From Candidatus Omnitrophota bacterium (lineage in GTDB: Bacteria; Omnitrophota; Gorgyraeia; Gygaellales; Profunditerraquicolaceae): a stretch of DNA of 64,000 bases. Positions 21,382 through 29,906 of the stretch are shown here, one piece after another. The position numbers were made by a program, and so were the translations under genes. Where the stretch lies: contig QZKH01000006.1 of the NCBI GenBank assembly GCA_003598025.1, forward strand, positions 44,035 to 108,034. Reading direction: 5' to 3'. The notes beneath the pieces were generated by a model. The model was not told the DNA's origin, searched no databases, and saw only the letters and a list, made by a program, of their open reading frames with translations. The number at the start of each line of letters is the position of its first letter. Within the stretch, counting starts at the first letter, position 1.

Positions 21382-22286
21382 ATTATTTTGCATATCTGTA
21401 ATGCGATGGCAAGAGATGCTCGCGCTTCTTCGCCTGTGACAAGAGGCGGTTTACTCTGGATAATCGAATCAATGAAAGAGTTTAATTCCCGCTTTAACGG
21501 CTGTTCTTTTTCGATGGGAAGAGCTTCTTTGGTTATGCCCTGAGGCGTTTTTCTGTAAACAAAAGCTTCTTCGTGTTTATAATCAAGCGATATATAAGTA
21601 TTCTTAAGAAATATCCTGATTTTACGCAACCATTCATCTGAAACGCGGCTTGCAGTGAGGTTACAGACGCAGCCGTTTTTAAATTCTATTCTTGCATTGG
21701 CTATATCTTCGAATTTCGTAAGGACATTTATTCCCACCGCTTCCAGTTTCTTGACAGGAGAATTAACCAGCCCGAGCACGATGTCTAAGTCGTGGATCAT
21801 TAAATCCAATACTACGCCCACATCAAGGCTTCGGTTAGGGAAAGGGCTCAGCCTGTGGCATTCTATAAATTTAGGTTCATTTATTAATTTTTTGGTTGCG
21901 GCAAATGCGGAGTTGAACCTTTCTACGTGTCCTACCTGCAACAGGAGTTTTTTCTTTTTCGCAAGCCTTATTAATGCGTCAGCTTCCGGCAGGTTGGTAG
22001 TAAAAGGTTTTTCAACGAGGACGGGTATGCCATGGTTTAAAAGGTCAAAAGCGACTTTATAGTGCTGGTTTGTAGGTACGGCTACGCTTGCAGCATCAAT
22101 TTTGCCGAATAAGCTTTTATAATCTTGGGTCGTATATACTCCAAGTGCCGCTGATAACTCTGTTAAGCGGGTTTGGTTTATATCACAAATTGCCGTAAGC
22201 TCACACGAAGACAGTTCTTTATATAGTTTTGCGTGTATGCTGCCTAAATGACCGGCTCCGATAACCGCGACCCTTAATTTTCCCAT
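21357..22286 (-). CDS. Gfo/Idh/MocA oxidoreductase, probable UDP-GlcNAc 3-dehydrogenase (GnnA-like)
   Basis: GAGHLG, VLVEKP, QVGHVERFN, DVGVVLDLMIHDLD, TASRVS; overlaps lpxB start. Confidence 0.8.
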   Translation of the reverse strand: MGKLRVAVIGAGHLGSIHAKLYKELSSCELTAICDINQTRLTELSAALGVYTTQDYKSLFGKIDAASVAVPTNQHYKVAFDLLNHGIPVLVEKPFTTNLPEADALIRLAKKKKLLLQVGHVERFNSAFAATKKLINEPKFIECHRLSPFPNRSLDVGVVLDLMIHDLDIVLGLVNSPVKKLEAVGINVLTKFEDIANARIEFKNGCVCNLTASRVSDEWLRKIRIFLKNTYISLDYKHEEAFVYRKTPQGITKEALPIEKEQPLKRELNSFIDSIIQSKPPLVTGEEARASLAIALQICKIIWRKQRIY

Positions 22287-22292
22287 GAAAGA

Positions 22293-22321
22293 ATAATAAC
22301 AGAGGAAGAGGATAGTTGCAA
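22293..22321 (-). promoter_or_regulatory. Putative sigma70 promoter
   Basis: Minus strand TTGCAA-17 nt-TATTAT with TG extension; ATG 6 nt downstream. Confidence 0.6.
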
Positions 22322-22330
22322 TAAATTTTA

Positions 22331-22479
22331 TTAGTTCATAGATAATAGTTCATAGATATGAGCGATTCATAATAGTTAACCAGGACCAAGTGTTATAACC
22401 AGAAGCCCGTATCAATGAACAATGAACCATCAACTATGAACTAATAACTATGATCTATGAACTAATAACTATGAACCAA
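22331..22479. repeat. Inverted heptamer-array element, copy 4
   Basis: TTAGTTCATAGATAATAGTTCATAG ... ATGAACA ATGAACC ATCAACT ATGAACT AATAACT ATGATCT ATGAACT AATAACT ATGAACCAA. Confidence 0.9.
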
Positions 22480-22487
22480 TTTATCTA

Positions 22488-22516
22488 TTGCCCTTCTCCA
22501 AAACCTATGCTAAAAT
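22488..22516 (+). promoter_or_regulatory. Putative sigma70 promoter for msbA
   Basis: TTGCCC-17 nt-TAAAAT with TG extension. Confidence 0.5.
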
Positions 22517-22539
22517 CAGCTTTTCGAAAGGAATAAAAG

Positions 22540-24330
22540 ATGAAGGAATACTTTAGGTTATTGAAATTTGTCAGGCCATATAGCGGGACCTTCGGCTTAG
22601 CTGCTTTTTGTATGGTAGTTTCGGCTATTTTTGACGGCGTGTCCCTAGCTATGGTTGTGCCTTTGGCGGATAAGGTGCTGACTAACAAAAAGATTATCAT
22701 ACCCAATAAGCTTCCTGATTTTTTATCTTCATTTGTTGATAAATTAAACTCCTTGCATCCGGAAATTCTCCTTAATTATATGGCAGTTGCGATATTGGCG
22801 CTATTCTTGTTTAAAGGGGTATTTTCCTTCCTGCAGAGTTATTTAATGTCCGATATAGGGCAGAAGGTAGTTAAGGACATAAGGGATAAACTCTACGCTA
22901 AGTTTCAGGTACTTTCACTGGATTATTATACTCATAAAAGGGCAGGAGAGCTTACCTCACGCATAACCAACGACGTAAAGCTGGTAGAAAATGCGGTATC
23001 TTATGGTTCTACGGACCTTGTTTATCAAACAGCGCAAGTTGTGTTGTTTACTTTGCTTATTTTCTTTATTCATGCGAAGCTGGCTCTTATTGCTTTTGTG
23101 CTTCTGCCCTTAATAAGCCTGCCGATAGTTAAAGTAGGCAGGGTTTTAAGAAAACTATCCAAGAAATCACAGGAAAAGATGGCTGATGTAAATTCTCTAC
23201 TTTATGAAACAATATCCGGTGTGCGCATAGTAAGAGCTTTTAATATGGAAGATTATGAGCTTAACCGTTTTAAGTCCGTAAACAGGGATTATTATAAAAT
23301 AACTATGAAGTCGATAAAGCGCACTCTTATTATCAGCCCGGTTACAGAGCTATTGGGAGGTTTAGCAGGTATAGGTGTGTTTTTCTGGGGAGGTAGAGAA
23401 GTTATCTCCGGCAGGCTTTCTTTTGGTGTCTTCGGGTTGTTCCTTGGCGCGCTATTATCATTAGTCAGGCCATTTAAGAAGCTTAGCCAGGTAAACTCAT
23501 TGAACCAGCAGGCTATTGCAGCAGGCGAGAGGATACATGAAGTATTAGATACGCTGCCGACTGTAAAAGAAGTTAAGGAGCCGCTATTCTTAGAAGAATT
23601 TAAAAGCAGCATTCTGTTTGAAGATATTTATTTTAATTACGGGGATAACCAGGTTTTAAAAGGGGTTAACTTGGAGGTAACCAAAGGGGAAGTTTTGGCA
23701 ATTGTAGGCCCCAGCGGCGTAGGCAAAAGTACGTTAGTAGACCTGATACCCAGATTCTACGACCCTTATAAAGGGAGGATTTTAATTGATGGGCGTGACA
23801 TGAGGGATTTTTCTATTAAATCTCTGCGCCAGAAGATAGGTATAGTGACTCAAGAGGTTATCCTGTTTAATGATACAATAAGGGCAAATATAGCTTATGG
23901 TCATCTGGATTCATCTGTAGAGAAAATCGAAAAGGCAGCCAAAGAGGCTTATGCCCATGATTTTATTGTTAAGCTTCCCTCCGGCTATGATACTGTTATT
24001 GGCGACAGGGGGACAAAATTGTCCGGAGGCGAGAGGCAGAGGATAGCTATCGCCAGGGCACTGCTTAAGAATCCGCCGATTTTAATACTCGATGAAGCCA
24101 CATCCCAGCTTGATTCTGAGTCAGAACGCATCGTTCAGGGTGCTTTAGACAGGCTTATTGAAGGCAGGACCGTATTCATTATAGCACACAGGCTTTCTAC
24201 GGTTAAAAACGCGCACAGGATAATAGTGCTTGATAAAGGCAGGATAATTGAGGAGGGTACGCATAGCCAGCTTATTGAAAAAGGCGGGTTATATAAGAGG
24301 TTATATGAGACCCAGGAGCTACAAAAATAG
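22540..24330 (+). CDS. msbA: MsbA-like ABC exporter (lipid A flippase)
   Basis: N-terminal TMD plus NBD (GPSGVGKST, LSGGERQRIAIARA, ILDEATS, IAHRLST); divergent from lpxB. Confidence 0.85.
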   Translation: MKEYFRLLKFVRPYSGTFGLAAFCMVVSAIFDGVSLAMVVPLADKVLTNKKIIIPNKLPDFLSSFVDKLNSLHPEILLNYMAVAILALFLFKGVFSFLQSYLMSDIGQKVVKDIRDKLYAKFQVLSLDYYTHKRAGELTSRITNDVKLVENAVSYGSTDLVYQTAQVVLFTLLIFFIHAKLALIAFVLLPLISLPIVKVGRVLRKLSKKSQEKMADVNSLLYETISGVRIVRAFNMEDYELNRFKSVNRDYYKITMKSIKRTLIISPVTELLGGLAGIGVFFWGGREVISGRLSFGVFGLFLGALLSLVRPFKKLSQVNSLNQQAIAAGERIHEVLDTLPTVKEVKEPLFLEEFKSSILFEDIYFNYGDNQVLKGVNLEVTKGEVLAIVGPSGVGKSTLVDLIPRFYDPYKGRILIDGRDMRDFSIKSLRQKIGIVTQEVILFNDTIRANIAYGHLDSSVEKIEKAAKEAYAHDFIVKLPSGYDTVIGDRGTKLSGGERQRIAIARALLKNPPILILDEATSQLDSESERIVQGALDRLIEGRTVFIIAHRLSTVKNAHRIIVLDKGRIIEEGTHSQLIEKGGLYKRLYETQELQK

Positions 24331-24358
24331 TTGCAAACCGGAAATATTATGGTATAAT
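24331..24358 (+). promoter_or_regulatory. Putative sigma70 promoter for rpsB operon
   Basis: TTGCAA-16 nt-TATAAT with TG extension. Confidence 0.6.
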
Positions 24359-24583
24359 TTCAAAACTAACCTTTATACATTCGCAACATGAAAACCGCAT
24401 ATTCCAAAGCGTAAATGGACAAAGGTAGCTCAGCATCAACCTTCAATATCTCGAGTTAGAATTCGAATTAATCGCAGGTTGATTCCAAAATAATTGAGGA
24501 ATATTAACATTCAATTCTGTTAACTTTAGTTAAAAAACAATAAAATTCAGCAGTTGACAGAGCAAAAAGGGAGGAAAATCAAA

Positions 24584-25465
24584 GTGCCTTCAGAGATAAT
24601 TAAACAATTGTTGGAAGCAGGAGTTCATTTTGGGCATAAGACGGCCAGGTGGAACCCCAAAATGAAGAAGTATATTTTTGGACAAAGGAGCGGTATTTAT
24701 ATCGTGGACCTGGAGAAGACCGAAGAATGCTTAAATAAAGCCAGGGATTTTCTTATCGAAGCTACTGCAAAGGGCCAAAGCGTCCTTTTTGTCGGTACAA
24801 AAAAGCAGGCCCAGGAGGTAGTCCAGCAGGAAGCAAAAAGATGCGGGATGTATTTTGTCACCGAGAGATGGCCCGGAGGGCTGCTTACTAATTTTGCCAC
24901 TATAAAGAAGAGCATCAAAAGGCTAAAAGACATAGAGAAGATGAAGGAAGACGGGACTTTTGAAAAGCTTACTAAGAAAGAAATAGCTCTCTTGCAGAAA
25001 GAGCTGGATAAGCTTAATAAGAATTTTTCTGGTATAGTACAGATGGAAAAGTTACCCGATGTCTTGTTTATAATCGATGCCAAAAAAGAAACGACGGCAG
25101 TAAACGAGGCATACAAGTTAGCTATACCAGTTGTAGGCCTTGTAGATACTAACTCCGACCCTACCAAAATCAGTTATCTTATTCCCGGCAATGACGATGC
25201 TACAAAAGCCATAGGCTTGGTTACCAGGCTGATAGCTGATAGTGTGATGGAAGGCAGGAAGAAATTCTTGTCGTATCTTTCCGAAGCAAGCATTAATTTG
25301 GGGCAGAAAGAGGAAAATGTTGACCTTTTGCCTGAAGAAAAAATTTTAATTGAAGAAATAGCAGAGCTTGCTAAAACTGACGATGAGGAAGAAGGCAAGC
25401 AGAAGAAGATGCGATTAAAGCAAGGCTTATCCGAAGAGAAACCAAAAATGAGAAAGAAAGGGTAA
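24584..25465 (+). CDS. rpsB: 30S ribosomal protein S2
   Basis: LLEAGVHFGH..RWNPKM, FVGTKKQA, RWPGGLLTNF, DTNSDP, PGNDDA; GTG start after GGGAGG. Confidence 0.97.
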   Translation: MPSEIIKQLLEAGVHFGHKTARWNPKMKKYIFGQRSGIYIVDLEKTEECLNKARDFLIEATAKGQSVLFVGTKKQAQEVVQQEAKRCGMYFVTERWPGGLLTNFATIKKSIKRLKDIEKMKEDGTFEKLTKKEIALLQKELDKLNKNFSGIVQMEKLPDVLFIIDAKKETTAVNEAYKLAIPVVGLVDTNSDPTKISYLIPGNDDATKAIGLVTRLIADSVMEGRKKFLSYLSEASINLGQKEENVDLLPEEKILIEEIAELAKTDDEEEGKQKKMRLKQGLSEEKPKMRKKG

Positions 25466-25474
25466 TTTGGCACC

Positions 25475-25999
25475 ATGAATAAGAACCTAGTAGCCGTAAA
25501 GGAATTAAGGACTAAAACATCAGCCAGCATATCCGATTGCAAGAAGGCATTAGAAGATTCAGCCGGTAATATCGATAAAGCTATCGAATTATTGCGTAAG
25601 AGAGGACTTGAAATAGCTTCTAAAAAACAGGACAGGGTAACCAGAGAAGGAAGGGTGGAGGCTTACGTCCATCTGGGAAATAAAATAGGGGTATTGCTGG
25701 AAGTCAGTTGTGAGACTGATTTTGTTGCGCGTAACGAAGATTTTATTAAGTTTACCAAAGATGTTGCTATGCAGATTGCCGCTTGTAACCCTGCTTATAT
25801 CAAGAAAGAGGACGTTCCAAAAGATGTGCTTAAGCAGGAAAGCAAGCCGGATGAATTTTTAAAGTCCAGCTGCTTGCTTGAGCAACCGTTTATTAAAGAC
25901 GCATCTATGACTATAAATGATTATCTAGGCAGCTTGATCGGTAAAATCGGTGAAAACATTATTATCCGCAGGTTTATAAGATACAAAGTTGGAGAATGA
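25475..25999 (+). CDS. tsf: Elongation factor Ts (short form)
   Basis: VKELR.KT....[24 protein letters not shown]. Confidence 0.95.
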   Translation: MNKNLVAVKELRTKTSASISDCKKALEDSAGNIDKAIELLRKRGLEIASKKQDRVTREGRVEAYVHLGNKIGVLLEVSCETDFVARNEDFIKFTKDVAMQIAACNPAYIKKEDVPKDVLKQESKPDEFLKSSCLLEQPFIKDASMTINDYLGSLIGKIGENIIIRRFIRYKVGE

Positions 26000-26721
26000 G
26001 TGCTCATCCGGTTTATAAAAGGATAGTCCTAAAGATAAGCGGTGAATTCCTGCAAGGTAAGAAATTGCACGGGATTGACCATTCTGTATTAGTTTCAATA
26101 GCCCACCAGATAAAAGAAATAAAAGATTTAAAAGTAGATATCGCCATAGTCCTGGGCGCAGGAAACATTTTCAGAGGACAGGAAAATACCGGGTCTCTTG
26201 GCCTTGCTATGGACAGGTCCGTAGCAGACTATATGGGGATGTTGGCCACGGTCATTAATGGCCTGGCCCTGCAGAATGTACTGGAAAAGATCAATGTTCC
26301 TACAAGAGTTATGACTGCGATAGAGATGCAGCGTGTTGCAGAGCCGTATATACGCAGAAGGGCGATCAGGCACCTGGAAAAAGGCAGGGTGGTTATATTT
26401 GTAGCAGGCACTGGCAATCCGTATTTCACTACCGATACCGCAGCCGCATTAAGGGCCGTAGAGATAAACGCAGATGCGCTGCTTAAAGCGACAAAAGTGG
26501 ATGGTATTTATTCTGCAGACCCGATGAGAGTAAAAGGGGCCAGAAAGTTCGCTTCTCTAAAATATATAGATGTATTAAAGAAGGGTTTAAAGGTTATGGA
26601 TGCTACGGCGATAACACTTTGCATGGATAATAAATTACCCATAGCTGTATTTAACCTGAGCAAAGGCGGAAATATTAAGAAAGTAGTTTTAGGAAGAAAC
26701 GTAGGTTCGCTGGTTAAGTAG
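25996..26721 (+). CDS. pyrH: UMP kinase
   Basis: [45 protein letters not shown]. Confidence 0.97.
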   Translation: MSAHPVYKRIVLKISGEFLQGKKLHGIDHSVLVSIAHQIKEIKDLKVDIAIVLGAGNIFRGQENTGSLGLAMDRSVADYMGMLATVINGLALQNVLEKINVPTRVMTAIEMQRVAEPYIRRRAIRHLEKGRVVIFVAGTGNPYFTTDTAAALRAVEINADALLKATKVDGIYSADPMRVKGARKFASLKYIDVLKKGLKVMDATAITLCMDNKLPIAVFNLSKGGNIKKVVLGRNVGSLVK

Positions 26722-26748
26722 AATTTGCATTTAAAAGGAGGCGCAGGC

Positions 26749-27306
26749 ATGACTACTAAAGAAGTTTTGCACAATACAGAGGAGAAGATGAAAAAGGCTA
26801 TCGAATCTGTGCTTCGTGAATTTTCAGAAGTCAGGACCGGCAGGGCAAATCCGGGTTTAGTCGAAGGCATGCACATAGATTATTATGGGACACCTACGCT
26901 GTTAAAACAAATCGCCTCTATATCAGTTCCGGATCCGCACCTGATTACCATACAACCGTGGGACAAAAATGCTATACCTGAAATAGAAAAAGCAATCTTA
27001 AAGTCTAATCTCGGAGTCACCCCTTCTGTGGCTGATAATGTAGTCAGGCTGACTATCCCGCAGCTTTCCAGGGATAGGAGAGAAGAGATGGTTAAGCTCG
27101 TACATAAAATGTCCGAAGAGGGAAGAGTATCTTTAAGGACGATAAGGCGCGATGCAAAAGAGTCTTTAGAGAAACTTGAGAAGGACAAGGTAATATCTGA
27201 AGATGATAAATTCAGAAGTATAGACGAATTACAGAAGCTGGTCGATAGATATACAGCCAAAGTCGACGAGCTGCTAAAGAGTAAAGAAAAAGAAATTACT
27301 GGTTAA
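26749..27306 (+). CDS. frr: Ribosome recycling factor
   Basis: VRTGRANP, DYYGTPT.L, IQPWDK, IRRDA; AGGAGG RBS. Confidence 0.97.
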   Translation: MTTKEVLHNTEEKMKKAIESVLREFSEVRTGRANPGLVEGMHIDYYGTPTLLKQIASISVPDPHLITIQPWDKNAIPEIEKAILKSNLGVTPSVADNVVRLTIPQLSRDRREEMVKLVHKMSEEGRVSLRTIRRDAKESLEKLEKDKVISEDDKFRSIDELQKLVDRYTAKVDELLKSKEKEITG

Positions 27307-27316
27307 TAGTTTTTAT

Positions 27317-27417
27317 AGATTTGGGCCACTAGCTCACCCTTCGACTCAGCCGCCAGGGGCGGCTTCGCTCAGGGTTTTGCTAAGGGTTTGTAACACAAGA
27401 TTTGGGCCACTAGCTCA
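27317..27417. repeat. 20-bp direct repeat of tRNA-Lys 5' end enclosing a REP-like palindrome
   Basis: AGATTTGGGCCACTAGCTCA at 27317-27336 and 27398-27417; CCCTTCGACTCAGCCGCCAGGGGCGGCTTCGCTCAGGG at 27337-27374. Confidence 0.85.
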
Positions 27418-27476
27418 TCCGGTAGAGCACCACCCTTTTAAGGTGGGTGTGCCGCGTTCGAGTCGCGGGTGGCTCA
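27404..27476 (+). tRNA. tRNA-Lys(TTT)
   Basis: Acceptor GGGCCAC/GTGGCTC, anticodon arm CCACC-CTTTTAA-GGTGG, T-loop TTCGAGT; CCA not encoded. Confidence 0.93.
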
Positions 27477-27675
27477 CGAATTCGCTGAAAGCGAATGAGT
27501 TCCGAGGCTCCTTCTTTGAGATTCAGAGACGAGGCAGTACAAAAAATCGAGTCCCGAGAACCCGTTGTTCTTACAATTTGGTGCGAGGGGAAAATAGATA
27601 CGGCATATCGTTTATTGCAGATAGATATAATTAATGACCGATAAGCGATAAGCTATAGGCGATATGCGAGATTAC

Positions 27676-27757
27676 GCGGACGTGGCGGAACTGGCATACG
27701 CGTATGGCTTAGGACCATATGGGGTAACCCTTGGGGGTTCAACTCCCTCCGTCCGCA
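27676..27757 (+). tRNA. tRNA-Leu(TAG)
   Basis: Acceptor GCGGACG/CGTCCGC, anticodon arm TATGG-CTTAGGA-CCATA, long variable arm, T-loop TTCAACT. Confidence 0.93.
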
Positions 27758-27792
27758 TATTTTGGATAAAGACTTTTTTTAAACTGAATCAC

Positions 27793-27865
<73 letters not shown>

Positions 27866-27910
27866 TAATTTTATCGAAAAGAACATTTTCTAAAAAGGAG
27901 AAAACAAAAT

Positions 27911-28381
27911 ATGAAGATAATGGATTTTCTGTCAAAGAAAGCAATTCTTACCGATATTAAATCGGCAAAGAAAGAAGATGTTATTAAGGAATTGGTAGAG
28001 CTATTAATTGAGTCTGGAGAAGTAGAGAAGCGGTCACGCAACAAGCTGGTTGAGGCCCTTATGGCCAGAGAATCACTGGGCTCAACCGCGATTGGCCAAG
28101 GTGTAGCCATACCTCATGCCAAATGCGATTGTGTGAATAAGCTCGTCGCCGCCTTTGGTTTATCTAAGAAAGGTGTTGATTTCGATTCTCTAGACGGAGA
28201 GCCGGCCTACATTTTTTTCTTATTAGTCGCCCCTCAAGATTCTGCCGGCCCACACCTGAAAGCGTTGGCAAGGATATCCAGGCTGCTTAAAGATAAGTAT
28301 TTCCGGGACAGCCTGCGTGTTTCTACAGACGATAAAGCCGTAATAAAAATCATTACCCAGGAAGATGAAAAAAAGATTTAA
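27911..28381 (+). CDS. PTS EIIA (Ntr/fructose-type) protein
   Basis: RESLGSTAIGQGVAIPHA, GVDFDSLDGEP, HLKALARISRLL. Confidence 0.92.
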   Translation: MKIMDFLSKKAILTDIKSAKKEDVIKELVELLIESGEVEKRSRNKLVEALMARESLGSTAIGQGVAIPHAKCDCVNKLVAAFGLSKKGVDFDSLDGEPAYIFFLLVAPQDSAGPHLKALARISRLLKDKYFRDSLRVSTDDKAVIKIITQEDEKKI

Positions 28382-29630
28382 GGCCAGAATAAATAAATTT
28401 GAAGCGCTTTTTAAATGGCTTTATCCTGGCATAGGTATAAAGCGCTGGATCGGCTTGAGCGCATTCGGAGTTGTCCTTATAGCTATAGGTTCCAGCCTTT
28501 TGCACGGGCAGGAATACTTTATACTTAAGGCATTAGATGCAATAATACTTGCCTCCGGGATTATAGTCCTTATTTTAGGCATAAAGCAGATGATGCGTTC
28601 ATTTATAGTTGCTTTTATGCCTGCCTCCAAGACAAAGGATATCGTTGATATACTTTATCATAGCAAGCAGCTTTTAAGGGGCCCAAAGATAGTTGCTGTC
28701 GGAGGCGGGACGGGGCTATCAGTTCTTTTGAGCGGTTTAAAAGAATACACAGACCATATTACCGCTATTGTTACCGTTGCTGATGACGGAGGCTCTTCGG
28801 GAAGGCTAAGGCAGCAGTTTGATATATTGCCGCCGGGAGATATCAGGAACTGCCTTGTTGCTCTTTCGGATGTGCCGACGCTTATGAGGGATTTGTTTCA
28901 GTTCAGGTTTGATTCTAATTCTAACTCAGAGCTTGCAGGGCATAGCTTTGGGAATCTTTTTATAACAGTCATGACGCGCCTGACGGGTGATTTTGAAAAG
29001 GCGATAAAAGAGACGAGCAAAGTCCTGGCATTAAAAGGGCAGGTTATCCCTTCTACGTTAAGCAAGGTGGTATTGGTAGCCAAGCATAATGATGGTTCGG
29101 TTACCGAAGGGGAAGATAAAATACCAAAGGCCCATAAACCTATAAATAGGGTTTTGCTTAAGCCGGAAGAGCCGCAGGCAACACCCGATGCGATAAAGGC
29201 AATAAATGAGGCCCAGATAATAATATTAGGCCCGGGTTCTTTGTATACCAGTATAATCCCTAACCTTCTAATAAAAGAAATTACTGATGCAATAGTAAGC
29301 TCGGAAGCGATTAAAGTGTATGTTTGTAACGCCATGACTCAGCCGGGTGAAACTGACAATTTTAAGGTATCAGAACATATTAAAGTCCTGGTTAAACACA
29401 GTAATCCGAGGGTATTTGATTATTGTATTGTAAACACAGGCGAGATACCCCAGGAAGTGCTTGAACGTTATAAGAAAGAAAAATCAGTTCCGGTTGAAGT
29501 AGATACAGCCAGCATAGAAAATATGGGTTACAGGGTAGTTAAAGAAGATATTATAGTTACAGATAGCGTGATCAGGCACGACAGCGCAAAGCTGGCCAGG
29601 GTAATACTCAGTTTTATAGAAGAGGCTTAA
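28365..29630 (+). CDS. yvcK: YvcK/CofD-like UDP-sugar-binding gluconeogenesis factor with N-terminal TM segments
   Basis: VGGGTGLS, TVADDGGSSGRLR, PPGDIRNCL, GHSFGNL, GPGSLYTSIIPNL. Confidence 0.9.
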   Translation: MKKRFKARINKFEALFKWLYPGIGIKRWIGLSAFGVVLIAIGSSLLHGQEYFILKALDAIILASGIIVLILGIKQMMRSFIVAFMPASKTKDIVDILYHSKQLLRGPKIVAVGGGTGLSVLLSGLKEYTDHITAIVTVADDGGSSGRLRQQFDILPPGDIRNCLVALSDVPTLMRDLFQFRFDSNSNSELAGHSFGNLFITVMTRLTGDFEKAIKETSKVLALKGQVIPSTLSKVVLVAKHNDGSVTEGEDKIPKAHKPINRVLLKPEEPQATPDAIKAINEAQIIILGPGSLYTSIIPNLLIKEITDAIVSSEAIKVYVCNAMTQPGETDNFKVSEHIKVLVKHSNPRVFDYCIVNTGEIPQEVLERYKKEKSVPVEVDTASIENMGYRVVKEDIIVTDSVIRHDSAKLARVILSFIEEA

Positions 29631-29635
29631 AAACT

Positions 29636-29899
29636 ATGCCGTTAATTAAAAAAACCTTATTAGTCAAAAATAAATCCGGCCTGCATGCAAGGCCTGCAGC
29701 TTTGTTTGTCCAGATTGCCAATAAATTTGATTCCCGCATAACTGTAAGGCGCGACGAAGAGGAAGTCAACGGCAAGTCTATAATGGGTATCCTTATGCTG
29801 GGAGCGGAAAAAGGCAGCGAAATAATCATCGAGATTGATGGCGATGACGCAGAGATGGCCCTGGCTGAATTGGAAAAAATAATTAATTCTGAGGAGTAA
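29636..29899 (+). CDS. ptsH: Phosphocarrier HPr
   Basis: GLHARPAA, NGKSIMGILML. Confidence 0.95.
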   Translation: MPLIKKTLLVKNKSGLHARPAALFVQIANKFDSRITVRRDEEEVNGKSIMGILMLGAEKGSEIIIEIDGDDAEMALAELEKIINSEE

Positions 29900-29906
29900 T
29901 TAAAAG

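Noticed and set aside
25475-25999. Short EF-Ts as a truncated gene
   Set aside because: Short dimeric EF-Ts forms are established (Thermus/cyanobacterial type) and both termini look intact.
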